The notes under the pieces were generated by a model that worked only from the letters and a program-made list of their open reading frames with translations, was not told the origin of the DNA and searched no databases. From positions 2,657,070 through 2,721,069 of the forward strand of contig NC_068985.1 in assembly GCF_001194135.2 (NCBI RefSeq): a DNA stretch of 64,000 nucleotides. Direction: 5' to 3'. Shown here piece after piece: positions 11,939-25,569 of the stretch; position 1 is the stretch's first letter; each line of letters begins with the position of its first letter. The stretch comes from Octopus bimaculoides. Taxonomy: Eukaryota. The position numbers and the translations under genes were made by a program.

Positions 11939-13519
11939 GCTATGTCTCCCAACCACATATATATCATCATCATCATCATTATCATTATATATATATAATA
12001 TTCTTGATATTTGTTCAAATCAGGTGCAAATGATGTTTTTTATATGTCCAGATACTTGTGTGGCCAGACATATAAATTACAAAGCTGTGTGTGTGTTGGG
12101 GGATAAGTACTTTTCTTTTCACCGTATTTTTAACAGTCTTTTTTTTCTTTTCTGTGAGCCAGAGAAGAGGGAGCTGTGTGCATGCCATTGTCATTTCCCC
12201 CCCCCCCCATCTACATCCCCTCAGACTGGTCTGATTACTGCAACTGATGTCCAGTCTGCAGCCCCCACCCCAACCATCTGCAGGTCAAGGCCTGCAGAAT
12301 TATGGGCTGATAAGATTGTTTTATGTTGGTGAATAGAGACAAAGTTATTTAAAAGAAAAGTATAAAAGTACCCCCGAATAGTCTTTAAAGTACCTTTCCC
12401 CACCACTTTTGGCATGAAACCAAAACAGAGACAACATTAGAAATCATTACTTCAACAATTTAGAAAGATTTAGTAGAAAAATTTCCCTAAAAAAAAATTC
12501 ATTTTATGGGGAATTAGAAACAGCGTAAATAAATCTCAGAAGTGATTTGGTCTGAGACTGTGTTGAACCTGAAGCATTTCCATCAAAGACGAGCCATTCT
12601 AGCCATCTAAAACATAAAAACTGATAAAACAAAACTGACTCGTCCATGATATAATTACTGCGTTAATAAAATCCTTGAGAAGTTTCATTAATTGAGTTGC
12701 AACTTTCATAACCATCATCAGTCTACAAGTAACATTTTGATAAGCTCTCTGTAATATTTCGAGCCACTTAAAAATATTCAATCAAAGACAATTCCAGTAA
12801 ACCTTTGAAGAAAACTCACTGAATTTAGAATGAAACACAAGAAAAAACACAAAGTAGAACACAGAAATATCCACAACAACAAACTGAAGTTGGTTTAAGA
12901 TATTTTATGGAACTAGATAGAAGTAAAATCTGATGAAAAGACTCATCACTTGGATGTCATTCAATAAAATTATGCCATAATTACATAAAGGGTCTACTGT
13001 CATTCCTATTCCTCCAGCAACTATGAAATTTTTATCTCCTCTTACTCCTCCTCCTCCTACTTTTAAAACCACTTATTGGCTTATCAGGACATATCTTTGG
13101 CCGTATAACAGAATGTCAATTTAATCTACCGGTGTGATGCAATTAAAATGTGTCCTTGCATTTAATCCTTGATGGAATCAAAGATTGACCGAAGATATGA
13201 GGAACTATGTCACCTCTGTTCAATTTGATATAAGGGGTTGTGATCAGATCATTAAACTTGACAGACAAATGCAAAAGTGGAGTGAGCCACTTTTAATTTG
13301 ATGTTAGAGCTAAAATCTAAACCACAATTTGTCAACTGAATCATCTTTCTTCCAGCTACACTCCACTACAACCAAAAAGACCCAGCCATTCTGTCTCTTT
13401 AAAAAAAAGAGACAAGTATCCAAAATGTCCGATTTTCCACTCCACTCTTCAGCAAATTAAATTATTTTTCTTCTACAAATATTTATAGAATTATTTTGCC
13501 AATGGAAGAGCCTTGTCTT

Positions 13520-13942
13520 TTACTTTTTACTTGTTTCAGTCATTAGACTGTGGCCATACTGGGGCACCGCATTCAAAAATCTTTAGTTGAATGAAACAGT
13601 TCTGGTACTTTCTTTAGTTTAAAGCCCGGTACCTATTCTATCAGTCTCTTTTAGTGAACTGCTAAGTTACAGGGATGTAAACACATCAACACTGGTTGTC
13701 AAGTGGTGGTGGTGGTGGAGGACAATCACAAAGACATGCACAAACATATGCATTCAGACATACATATATACATACACACACACACAACAAGCTTTTATAG
13801 TTTTTGACTACCAAATCCACTCACAAGGCTTTGGTAGGCTTGGGGTTGTAGACGAAGAGACTGGCTAAGGTGCAATATAGTGGGACTGAACCCAGAACTA
13901 TGTGGCTGAGAAGCAGGCTTCTTAACACACAGCCATACCTGT
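13520..13942 (-). mobile_element. Family A SINE
   Basis: Full-length reverse-complement copy. Confidence 0.85.
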
Positions 13943-14140
13943 GCCTTTATGATTAGTATTAGGATATAATTATAATTTTTTTTCTCTTTCTTATTCTGTA
14001 TTCTATCTGAAAAGAGTTGGAAAGTCACGTGAAAGATGAAAAACAGTCAAGCAATTTTTTTTAAATGCTCTATATGGTCTTTTGACCAACTGGAAATAGC
14101 TGCCAAATGCTAATCTTAAAAAAGAAAACAGAAAAAAAAA

Positions 14141-14512
14141 AATGGCTGTGTGGTAAGAAGCTTGCTTCCCAACCACATGGTTCTGGGTTCAGTCCCTCTG
14201 TGTGGCATCTTGGGCAAGAGTCTTCTACTATAGCCTCGAGCCGACCAAAGCCTTGAGTAGATTTGGTAGACGGAAACTGAAAGAAGCCTGTTGTATACAT
14301 ATGTATATATTTCTGTGAGTGTCTGTGCTTGTTCCCCTACCATCACATGACAACCAATGTTGGTGTGTTTACGTTGCTGTAACTTAGCAGTTTGGCAAAG
14401 GAGACCGATAGAATAAATACCAGGCTTACAAAGAATAAGTCAGGGGGTTGATTTGTTTGACTAAAGGCGGTGCTCCAGCATGGCCACAGTCAAATGACTG
14501 AAACAAGTAAAT
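14141..14512 (+). mobile_element. Family A SINE, well preserved
   Basis: ATGGCTGTGTGGTAAGAAGCTTGCTTCCCAACCACATGGTTCTGGGTTCAGTCCC..GGTGCTCCAGCATGGCCACAGTCAAATGACTGAAACAAGTAAA. Confidence 0.9.
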
Positions 14513-15678
14513 GATGAAATGACTGAATAGATACAGCATAACAGAAAAAGAGACATGATGGTCATATCTGGAACTCCTTTGATAATAAGGCTGCTTGATA
14601 AGAGCTGATATAGAACCAAATGACAACAAAACCCACTATTCAATCAGACTCAATAGGAAGAAATAAAAAGCCACAGTGCACAGTCTGAATTCTTTTTAAC
14701 CCTTTAAATTTTAACCAATGGTGTGTAACTATAAAGCACATGATTCCTTTTCAAAAGCACACTTCACTTTTCTTACCAGCTTCTTTCCAGATTGAAGAAA
14801 GAAAAAAAGAAAACCAAAAACACAGAACAAAACAAAACCACAGCTGATAGAGACACAAATACAGAAACATTGATTTACAGAGATCTAGAAAAGATTGGTT
14901 TACTCTCATAATGTATATCACAGAGAATCATGAAAAATATTTCCCAGTAGGAAGGAAATATACTTAAATCTGTGATTAATCTATCAATCATATTTCTTTG
15001 GACACTGCATTCACACCTCTGTCACTGTACCACCTCTAAACGCATAAGAAATATCACTAACACATTGAGCAGTTACACCTCCTCTTCAACAGCAGCAGCA
15101 GTTGCTACTGCTACTGCTGCTGCTGCTGCTACTTACAGTCCCATCCCAATGATAACTAACAAAACTATTGATTTCTATCATAAGAAGAAGGTCACACATT
15201 TTGGCAGAGGTAAGAATGGACTACACTGAACCTGGCAGCTGACTGGTACTTATTTTCTTGGGTACCAAGATAAATGGCTGAATGGATTTAGTGAAATTCG
15301 AAATTGGAATATGAAGTAGAGAGACAGCTACTAAATAGTAGAATGCATTTTTTTGTCCTACATTCTATTAATTTTGCTAATCCACCCCATTTACAAGAAG
15401 AATTCTGAAAGTACAAGTGTGAGTGAGTGTATGAAATTTTGTAACATAAAATCAGAAGAGAGTAATTTTGCTTACAATTTTTGTTCAACTTTTTGAATGT
15501 AAACTATGGAATAAAGTAAAAATATTTTTTCCCAATGTATAAACCAGGTTATATACACTGTATATGTGGGATTTAGATTTTTTTAAAATTGTTAGTCTGT
15601 CTGTTTGTCTGTCTCTCTCTCTTGCACACACACACACACACCAACTCATATTTTTGATTTAACATACACATATACATA

Positions 15679-15745
15679 CAGGGGTTGGACAAAATAATGG
15701 AAACACCTTAAAATTTCAAACAAATTAATTTCAATATGGGGCAGG
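15679..15745 (+). mobile_element. Tc1/mariner terminal inverted repeat fragment
   Basis: TA|CAGGGGTTGGACAAAATAATGGAAACACC; no partner end found. Confidence 0.55.
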
Positions 15746-15829
15746 AACAATGAGAAATAAGAATGAGTTGGTGGAAGGTGTGATATTTGGGGCATGTTGT
15801 ATTCTTTACAGTTTTCTTTCACTTTTTTC

Positions 15830-16340
15830 TCTCTCCATGTCTCTCCCCCATAGCAAGACACCTATTTCAGCCTCTCTACTTCCCTGTCATGCTCTAACCT
15901 TTCATCATCCGACACTAGATCCCCCTCTTTTGTGGGAAGACACCTGCCTCTGTCTCTCTGTCACACTCTAACCTTTCATCCTCCAACACAAGTTCCTCTC
16001 TTCAAATGCCCTTGCCCCTCTCGAAATTCCTTGTCTTGTGAATTACTTAGTGACAGTGCTGGTGCCACGTAAAAACCATCCAGTCCACACTGTAGAGTGG
16101 TTGGCATTTGGAAGGGCATCCAGCTGTAAAAATCACGTCCGAACTAACCTCGCCTGTGCTAGTGTCACATAAAAAGCACTGAGTCCACTCTGCAGAGTGG
16201 TTGGTGTTAGGAAGGGCATCCAGCTGTAAAAACCCTGCCAAAACAGGCACAGTAGCCTGGGGTAGTCTTCTACCTGACTGGCTCCTGTCAACCGTCCTAC
16301 CCATGCATGCATGAAAGACGGACATTAAACGATGATGATG
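15830..16340 (+). mobile_element. Long family C copy with pyrimidine-rich upstream part and duplicated module
   Basis: The upstream part resembles 4200-4350; two GGAAGGGCATCCAGCTGTAAAA blocks; ends ACATTAAACGATGATGATGAT. Confidence 0.8.
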
Positions 16341-16984
16341 ATCAATCTTAATAGTCATAGAATGATGCCCGTTGGAATGGTTCTGGACTTTGGTTTCCCA
16401 GTCATTTTGTGTCTCAATTCCAACCATTTTGAAGGTTGATTTTAGCTGATCTTTGTTAACAGTGGAAAAGATATTCTCATGGTTTTTGAGGTTTTTTTTC
16501 TGATGGTTAATTTACTAACGAGTATTTGAGAAGGAAATCTCTCTTTTTTTTTGTTCTGTCTTCCTTACCATCACCACAAATGTTTCACTGTGGTTGAGCT
16601 TCTAATAGCACTGCTTTAATATTCTCAAGAGGAACATTAAGTTTTCCAATATCATCCTCCAGGTATCACAAAACTGTCTACCTTTTTTTATGCATCAACT
16701 TCAAAATAATTAGCATTTAAAAATTCACCAACAATTGACTTTAAGATTTGTCTATCATAACTCACACAGGCCATGAGAATATTTGAATTATTAAATATTG
16801 ACTCATCAACTAGGATTGAAGACTTGCACTATTGAAGTGCAGACCCCAGACTTTTCTCCACTTCAATGGCCATTTTGTCAATGTGTCTGCTTATTGACCT
16901 TACACTTTAACTTATACATTTTAACACGGTCTGAGAGTTTTCTTCATAACAGTTTCAGTTACATCTCTAATACTTGGTATAATT

Positions 16985-17181
16985 TTTTCTACTCTAGGCA
17001 CAAGTCCCGAAATTTTGGGGGAGGGGGCCAGTTGATCAGATCAACCCCAGTATGCAACTGGTACTTAATTTATCGACCCCCGAAAGGATGAAAGGCAAAG
17101 TTGACCTCAGCAGAATTTGAACTCAGAACATAGAGACAGATGAAATGCCGCTTAGCTGACGTTTCTGCCAACTCACTGCTT
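16985..17181 (-). mobile_element. Family B SINE with 17-bp TSD
   Basis: TSD TAATACTTGGTATAATT at 16968-16984 and 17182-17198. Confidence 0.85.
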
Positions 17182-19281
17182 TAATACTTGGTATAATTAA
17201 AAATATCTTTCTCAATGACATATGATCTTTTTTTTCTTTACTGTATTAAGAGAGATGGTGTATGATACCTTCAGCTGCTCTTCATAATCATATGTATAAT
17301 GGCTGTTGTTAAATTTGGCTGTTTTTATTTTTATTTTGTTATTATCCTAAAAAAGATCAAGATCTTCTTTTTTTTTTTATCTGAATGAATCTATTTGAGA
17401 TGATCCTTTATCTTTGCAAATTTTATGGCATCATTACAGAACGATATTTTTTTCCCCATAACAGTGACAATAAAACATTTGCTTTATTGGCAAGTGATAG
17501 CATAAATTCAAATTTCAAATATTCTTGCAAATACTGTTGGCACTTCTTCGTACTGGTATGGGTTATAAATTTTCAAAAAATAAAATAAAGAGTAAATACA
17601 AAATTGTCCAACAACTGAAACCACTCACCTGTAAATAGTCAATAATCATAGACAAGCATGAGGTGTCTGCATGAGGTAGTCTTCATGGAAAGTGTGAGTT
17701 TGTTCTTAATTGGTTCACCAATCAGCTAGCTGGGTTTGCAAATTCACTACATGTATGCCAACATGATATCTGCCGAGACATTTTGAATTTCTGTATCGTA
17801 TTGCAGATGGAACTTTTTAAATCAAATCTTATTCATATTGAAGAAATAGTTCACTAATATCTCAGCACCTTTAATGCTCAGAATTGTTTCAGGTGTTTAT
17901 TGACCCCTTGGATAGACCCCCAGGGGTTAATTAATACTGACCATTTTGCCAACCCCTGCAACACATTCTGCAAAGTAGTTGACATTAAGAAGGGCATGAG
18001 ACCATAGAAACGATGAGCAGAATATGACACGGTCCACTGACTTATTGGATTCTATCAAATTGTCCAAACCATATCAGCATGGAAGATGGACATTATTACA
18101 TGATAAGAATGATGAATTCCCATAAGATGTTCATTCTCTTTTCTTGAGGATGGAGGATAACAAATGACTCTTTAAATTCACTTGGGACTGAGCAATATTC
18201 TGTTTTCAGATGCAATCTGCTATGTTTCAGTTACTCAGGAAGAATATTCTCTTCCAGTCCAGAGAATTTTCATGCATTCACATTGTTCATGGCATTTTCA
18301 AACATTCGAAATAATGACTGCATTCATCCATAGCAGTTCAGGATGATGTGAGAATGTGTATGCGTATTGTCCAATTAGTGGTAAAGATGTATTTTCTAAA
18401 ACAGAGCACTTATCATTAAACAAGGCATAACTAGAAACAAGTTTCTTTTCTCCCTTTTTAACAGAAGTTTATCCTCTATCTATATTATGGAAAGTAGCTA
18501 ATATGCAATGGGATTTATGTATGTATGCATGTATGTACATACGTATGCATATAGTAACAAAAAAAAAAAGCAGCTGTAAATAAAATATGATATAGTCAAA
18601 GTGATGAAAGCATAAATCTAAAACTTATCAGATTTACTATTATACTTTTACCACTGTAACTAATGATATGATCACCATCACCAATGTGATGGCCACAATC
18701 CAGTTGTCAAAGTTGTAAATCCTTCTAAACCATCCAGAGAAAAGCTGTTAGAAGCAAAGAAAGTGAAGTAGAAGGTTTCAATAGATTTTTGGCTTTTTTA
18801 ATCATATAAGCATCAGAAATGAATTATTCAACTGTTTCTAAATTCCAGCAGATTAGCATTGATACTAATACTTCCTAAGAAAGCTCTCGTTAGCATTAAA
18901 AACCATCTAATGATGCTTTAAGTTAAGAGAAAAGATAGGAAAAGATTAGCAAATAAGATTTTTACATTTCATTTGCTATCAGACAGAAATTAATGGATCC
19001 ATTGAAAGAGTCTTAGAACAGTATGGATTGTTATGAAAGATAATCCAAGGACAACATGAAGGAAAGGATTAAATGCTATCAGATTTATACTTATATGGGA
19101 TAAAAATCTGATATTCTTGAATTAATAAATCCCTTTTGAGCATATGCATATAGAAGCTGGACTGAATAGTTGAGAATTTCATTCTACAATCACTAAATCA
19201 TAAGTTCAACCTGCTCATACAGCACAATGGCAATTGGATTCTACAAGGGGCCTGGGGCTGACTTGATTCTTATTAGTGAAG

Positions 19282-19420
19282 CTGGGTGGTTTAGTGGTTT
19301 GGGTAATCAGCTTGTGATTGTAAGGTTGTGCGATCGATTCCCAGCAGTGTGTGGTGTCCTTGAGCAAGACACTTACTTCCACATTGCTCCAGTCCATTAA
19401 GCTGGCAAAAGCGAGCTTGT
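19282..19420 (+). mobile_element. Family E SINE, 5' part
   Basis: GGTTTAGTGGTTTGGG..GATCGATTCCC..GTGTCCTTGAGCAAGACACTTACTTCCACATTGCTCCAGTCC. Confidence 0.7.
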
Positions 19421-19551
19421 TACAGAAATATCTTCAACATAATCCTCAGGTAAACTCATAAATACAAAGGAGGAAGTTTTGTTGGTCAAACAACTACATC
19501 ACCGAAACTGATGCAAAATTCATTTTGATGTATATTTATATGTAAAGGTGA

Positions 19552-19920
19552 AAGCATGGCTATGTAGTTAAGAAGTTTGCTTTGCAACCATATGGTTCCA
19601 GGTTCACTCCCATTGTGCAGCAGCTTGGGGAAGTGTCTTCTACTATAACTCTGGGCTGGCTTACCAAAGCCTTGAGAGTGAATTTAGTAGAGGAAACTGT
19701 GTGGAAGCCAGTTGTGTGTATGTGTGTCTTTGTGTGTGTTCCACCACTGCATGACTATTTGTTTACATCTCCGTAACTTAGCAGTTTTGGCAAAAGAGAC
19801 AGACGGTAAGTTTCACACTTGAAAAAGCAAGTCCTGGTGTCAATTTGTTTGATTAAACTCTTCAAAATACAGTGTCCCAGCATGGGCACAGTACAATGGC
19901 TAGGACAAGTAAAAGATAAA
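19552..19920 (+). mobile_element. Family A SINE
   Basis: Same head, core and tail blocks as 14141-14512. Confidence 0.8.
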
Positions 19921-20774
19921 AGACACATGTTTGCTTACATACAGTTTATACATTCCTCTGATACAGTTTTCCAATTAAATACAAACACACAAAAATTGTA
20001 TTATTTTAAAAAGGTAAGGTTTATTTTTGTTGCTCTTGTGGCAAATGAAACAATTTATAATTAGGCCACACAAGAAATGGTATGGGACCAGTAATAACTT
20101 CAAAGATCCCCAGAGGGAAAGAAGGCAAATTTGACACCAACAAAATCTGAATTTGTGACATAAACGCATGCAATACTGCAAAGCACTTATTTTTAGGTTG
20201 GAGTGTTTTTTATTAGTCAACAACAAAACAAAAGGTCATAACAATTGCTATAAATTATTGTTATATTCATCATTGATACATTCTATATTAGATTTATATT
20301 GCTTTTGTTTTTCAGTAAAATCACATGAGTAGCATTAAACAGCTCTCGGTAGAATATACAGTATATGTGATAAATGTTTATTACTGACACTGAATTTGTT
20401 AGATTGTTCTCAAAATACTCTTCTCATTTTATTGACATACAAGCTGAAAGATTTGTCTCTTTTCAATTCACAATGGGCAGTGTACACCACTGTCTAACTA
20501 AGGAAGCTCTCTCTAAATAACACTACTTATAAAAAATCATTGCATCTGTTACAGACTTCATACAACACAACCATAACAAAACTGTTTGCAAACACTTCCT
20601 CTCTACTCCAGCTATCACACTGTGATGGACACATACTTAGCCACTACATGCAAAAACTTGTACCATCATTTTAATATAATAAGGTTATTGGCCTTGATGC
20701 TGTCCCCTCCATTACCCTCCAAAACTGTTTAAAAGGTCTGGTCTCATTTCAGGTTTTGGTGTTTAAAATAGGGA

Positions 20775-21230
20775 TCATCATCATCATCGTTTAACATCCG
20801 CTTTCCATGCTGGCATGGGTTGGACGGTTTGACTGAGGACTGGTGAACCAGAAGGCTGCACCAGGCACCAATCTGATCTAGCAAAGTTTCTACAGCTGGA
20901 TGCCCTTCCTAATGCCAACCACTCCAAGAGTATAGTGGGTGCTTTTACGTGCCACCAGCACGAGGGCCAGTCAGGCGGTTCTGGCAGCGACCACGCTCAA
21001 AAGGTGTTTTTACGTGTTACCTGCACGGGAGCCAGTCTGGCAGCACTGGCAACAACCACACTCGAATGTTGTTTTTCACATGCCACCGGCACATGTGCCA
21101 GTAAGGCGACGCTGGCAACAATCATACTCAAATGATACATTTCATGTGTTACCAGCATGAGAGCCAATCAGTGGCCCTGGCAACAATCACGCTCAGATGT
21201 GTTTTTAACATTCCACTGGCACGAGTGCCA
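20775..21230 (-). mobile_element. Family C / RTE 3' UTR with about 4.5 tandem 65-bp hairpin units (20943-21230)
   Basis: (CAT)n tail on the left; each unit contains GCCAG-N10-CTGGC. Confidence 0.85.
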
Positions 21231-22494
21231 AGAGAACAGATTTTTTTTATAGAAGGAAGAAAACATCTGAAATACTAAAAGAGAATGAAATACTTTGTTG
21301 TTAAGTGATATAGCTATTAGATATTTAATAATGTACAGTTACCAATAAAATACTGGTGGATGGTATTAATTCTTTCCCACTGAAACTGATAACTTTGTAC
21401 TCATATTAGAAACACTAACGAGGTTAGGGTATACTGTCTGGTTTCACTGATATGTATTTCCAGCTCTGGAAAATTGTAGCTTTCTAAAACTTTTAAATTA
21501 TAAACAATCTGCACATTCTCTTGGAATTCTTTCGGTAAAACTGAGGGAGATCATTGTAGAGTTTTCGTGAACCAGTGTTAATAACACTGATCCAACTTCC
21601 AGGTGTTTTACAAAGGACTCATTTCCTCCATCTTTGATAGTTTTGGTACCAGATTGCATACTTTAGTTCATGGAATAGGAGAGCAGATTTTAATAAACAG
21701 TTTTTTTTTTCTCTCCAGAAGGAATTTTGTTATAAAATTTGTAATCTATCCCCTTAACACTCTTGCTTATTCATACATTTTGTAGAATAACAGACGAAGG
21801 ATGCTTTCTGAATTTCCTGCCCACCACTTCTGTGGACTTTATAGCATTTTAAAAATGTTCATCAAACCATGGATAGCATTTCCATTTTGGAACTGTGGAG
21901 ATTGTCCCACATATTTGCAGGAGACACTTAGCAAATATTAAGATTGGATCAGTTTCATAAACAAAATCAATATTGTTTAGTTTTTCATATAATAGGATTG
22001 GAAATGGCTTCAATCTGTCTTGTCAAGTTTAAGAATCTTTCATTCCTTCAGGCTTCATAGTTTTGTAAGATTATAGGGAAGAAACTGTTTGTATAAGATC
22101 ATTGCTAGTATTAACATTATTTCCTGCGTGAAAGTATGTGAAATAGTTCTCATTAAATATGCATAAATCATTATTGAATGGAATCTTCCAGCTATTTACC
22201 TTTATGGCTGGAGCAGTTGGTGATCCTTAAAGTCTGCTGTGATTAAGTAGGGTTTAGAGAGTTGAGCTATTAAGCTATTATGCACTATCAATATCTACAT
22301 TACATGGAAGCTACATTATTATTTTATAAAGAAAATGGTAACAGTGACACATATTTTTATGTGGTTGTATAACTCTCAACAAAACTGAATATTTTATGAG
22401 TTTGGAAGAATCTCTAAGACTCCTTTCATTAGGGCTCAGTAGGCAGGGTTCATTGAGGTTATCAAAACTTTAAAAACACCATTCTTAGAGATAA

Positions 22495-22868
22495 ACTAGA
22501 TTGTGCTAAGAAAGTTGCCTCCCAACAACATAGTCCTGGGTTCAGTCCCACTGTGTGGCACCTTGGACATGTCTCTTCTACTATAGCCTCAGGCCAACCA
22601 TAGCCTTGTGAATGGATTTGACAGATGGAAACTGAAAGCAGCCTGTCATGTATATAAATATATATTATATGTATGTGTTCCCCCAACACACCGCTTGACA
22701 ACCAGTGTTGGTTTGTTTATATCCCTGTAACTTAGCAAAAATAGACCAATAGAATAAGTACCAAACTTTACAAAAGTAAAGAAAAAAGAAGTTGTTAATT
22801 TGTCCGACTGAGCCTTTCAAGATGGTGCCCCAGCATGGCCGTAGTCCAATGACTGAAACATGAGAAAG
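22495..22868 (+). mobile_element. Family A SINE
   Basis: Same head, core and tail blocks. Confidence 0.8.
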
Positions 22869-23084
22869 ATAATAGACAAACTAAACAAGGAAATAGAGAA
22901 GGCACTTTCCAAGTGACTCTTGAATCATTCTACCCTCTAAACTATAAATAAAAGAATCTCAGTAATCTCCAGGACTTGGAAGAAATCAAACATTTGGTAC
23001 AAACTTAGATGTGTAATTTCTTTTTTTTTCTAACTCAGAAATTGTGCTTTAATTTGTTTAGAACTTGATTATGCTCATGTTTTT

Positions 23085-23530
23085 TAACCCATTACTATAA
23101 TTCCAATTACTTTGTCAAATTTATTCACATTGTTTTCAATTAACCCTTTCGTTACAAACCCGACTGAAACCAGCTCTGGTTCTGAGTACAAATATCTTGT
23201 TTTCAAAAGTTCTGAATTAAAATCTTCTCCCAAACATTAGTCACAATTTATGTTCTTAACACTAAGCTTAATGATAACTAAGTTATTTTTACTAAATTCT
23301 TTGTTATATTTAAAGTAAATGAAAGAAACAGAGAGCATCTCAAAATAAATACAGTAACGAAAGGGTTACTCATGCACTATATCGTAGCTTTGAGATTTCA
23401 ATGATGTGATTCCCTTACTTTTATAATGACATTGTAGGATAGGCATGAGAAGCTGGATCTAGCCAGTATAAACATAAAACAGGTAAAATATTTTGGCTGG
23501 ATATGACTGGTTTAAATATTAAAGGGTTAA
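23085..23530. mobile_element. TTAA-flanked MITE (family G) split by the family F MITE
   Basis: Left part TTAACCC..TTTGTCAAAT..TTTCAATTAA; right part TCATGCACTATATCGTAGCTTTGAG...GATATGACTGGTTTAAATATTAAAGGGTTAA. Homologous to 7450-7870 and 33395-33500. Confidence 0.65.
23144..23365. mobile_element. piggyBac-type MITE (family F), nested in a family G MITE
   Basis: TTAA|CCCTTTCGTTAC ... GTAACGAAAGGG|TTAC. Confidence 0.85.
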
Positions 23531-24039
23531 ATTTCATTTCAAGAATAGGGAATCTACAAGGGTGACTGACTAGGGGTGGAGAGGTGGGTGCGTAGGTGGA
23601 TATGTCTGTCCTCTGATAATTATTTACCCCAAATTGTTGATGACACTGCCTTGGTAAACCTCAAAAGAGTAAAAACGTTTCTGCTCATTGCTCGAGTATA
23701 AGTTTTGATAGAAGTCTGAAAGATTTTATGACAATTCCATTTGATACTAAACTTGGGAAAATATTTTGCACATATCAACTGTTTGACATTTAATCTAAAA
23801 TACTCTTATTTCCAACATATAATCATTTCTCCTTTCATTTATGAAGTAGTTTAAGCTGCTAGAAACAACAGCCAAATGACCCATCACCACCAACCTGACC
23901 ATCTTAAAAATGGAAGGATTCATTGAATAAGACAGTCATAGATACATTATGTGAGAAGCAGACATGCAGTAGCTGTGGCTTGAATGCCAGTGGAATCACG
24001 GAAAATTATTAGAGAAGCACCAAGAGGAGGAGACCACCA

Positions 24040-24330
24040 CCACCACCACCATCATTTAACGTCCGTGTTCCAGGCTAGCATGGGTGGGACGGTAACACAA
24101 GAGCTAGGTCGAAACCTGCACTAGACTTCTGCGACTGTTTTCGCAGGATTCTTGTAACTGGATGCCATTCCTAACACCAACCACTCAGCAGAATGGACTT
24201 CATGCTTTTTACATGGCACCAGCGCAGGCGAGGTCAGTTTTGGCAAGGTTTTTACAGCTGGATGCCCTTCCAAATGCCAACCGCTTTACAGTGTGAACTG
24301 GGTGATTTTTAAATGGCCCCTGCACTTGCC
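24040..24330 (-). mobile_element. Family C copy with duplicated module
   Basis: Two GGATGCC(C/A)TTCC blocks and a CATCATTTAACGTCC tail. Confidence 0.75.
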
Positions 24331-24479
24331 AAACAAAACTTTTAAGAGGAGAGGAAGCATTGGAGGAGGTAATGATGAAAAGGTTATAATGAGACAGATA
24401 CAGGTGTAAAACCATTTCCAAATGAACACAAGAGATCAGTTTCTATAGACTTGAGCTCAATATAATATCTTTTGTCAAC

Positions 24480-24790
24480 TGTTTCAGTTATTAGACTCTG
24501 GCCATTTTGTTTTTTCAGTCAAATGAATCAACCCCAGTACTTATTGTTTTTTTTTAAATCCTGGTACTTATTCTATTGGTCTGTTTTGCTAAACAGCTAA
24601 GTTACCGGGAATGTAAACACACCAACACAGGTTGTCAAAGTGGTAGTGGGAGACAGACACATGACTTCTTTTCAGTTTCCATCAACCGAATCCACTCATA
24701 AAGTCTTGGGTCAGCACAAGGATGTAAAATACCAGAACCATGAGGTTGGGAAGCAAGCTTCTTACCACACAGTCATTCCCTGTGCCTATT
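24480..24790 (-). mobile_element. Family A SINE with internal deletions
   Basis: Reverse-complement blocks of family A. Confidence 0.7.
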
Positions 24791-25348
24791 TTTATTTCAT
24801 GGAAAATGGAGAGAGGGAAACTTAACTGTGATTTGAACACAGAAGATTTAGCCTAACTCAATAACCATTTAAACATCTAAACTAGCTTTGTTTTCAAAGC
24901 AACACCACCATCACCACCACCACAAACCATCATCATTAACATAATCTCACTATGGCACACACAGGAGAAATCAATGCATTTCTATCTTAAATACCACATC
25001 AGTGAAACCTAGCTTTCTGTCGTCCACTTTAAATCAAACACTTTTGTTTTAACACACACAGATACACACTACTTCTGTGGTCTGTCATAGCCTGGAAGTT
25101 TATATGTTATTAATTGGTGTCTTCAGAAGTAATTGTTTGAAGTAGAGGAAAAGATTTTATCAAAACGCGGTACCTTCTGGTGAATATAAGAGACATTAGG
25201 GGCAAGCTTCATATAGACATGATGTCAGAACCTCTGTGATAGAGTTTTGGGAATAAAATTTGCTTTTTTCAAACTATTTGCTTATTGGAAGAAGTTGTAC
25301 TGAAAGGTGGATCATGAGAAAGAGAAAGATATAGAGATTTTAGGAATT

Positions 25349-25361
25349 GAGAGAGAGAGAA

Positions 25362-25440
<79 letters not shown>
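25349..25440. repeat. (AG)n microsatellite
   Basis: Direct read. Confidence 0.95.
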
Positions 25441-25442
<2 letters not shown>

Positions 25443-25569
25443 TGGATGGACACAGAGAGGGAGACAGAGAGAATATGTTTGACCTCACTGTAAAACTGAT
25501 TGCTAACATAACTCAGGTAATACACATAGTGTCATGAAATGCAAAATAAGATCTGTGAATTGTATTTAC

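Noticed and set aside
11721-12332. Longest ORF in the track (203 aa) and similar ORFs rich in IYIY, CVCV or ERER
   Set aside because: They run through family C tails and dinucleotide microsatellites, which are stop-poor by composition.
12929-12960. Other CTGATGA occurrences (also near 11213, 25616, 58671 and 59964) as hammerheads
   Set aside because: None has a stem II followed by GAAA plus a UH site and a pairing stem I.
14777-14782. Possible 6-nt microexon (ag|AAGCTG|gtaag, minus strand)
   Set aside because: Cannot be supported without RNA-seq, and the AG is separated from the pyrimidine tract.
20943-21230. CRISPR-like repeat-spacer reading of the hairpin array
   Set aside because: The context is eukaryotic with no cas genes; the units are degenerate tandem copies whose 10-nt loops are related to each other and recur at other loci.
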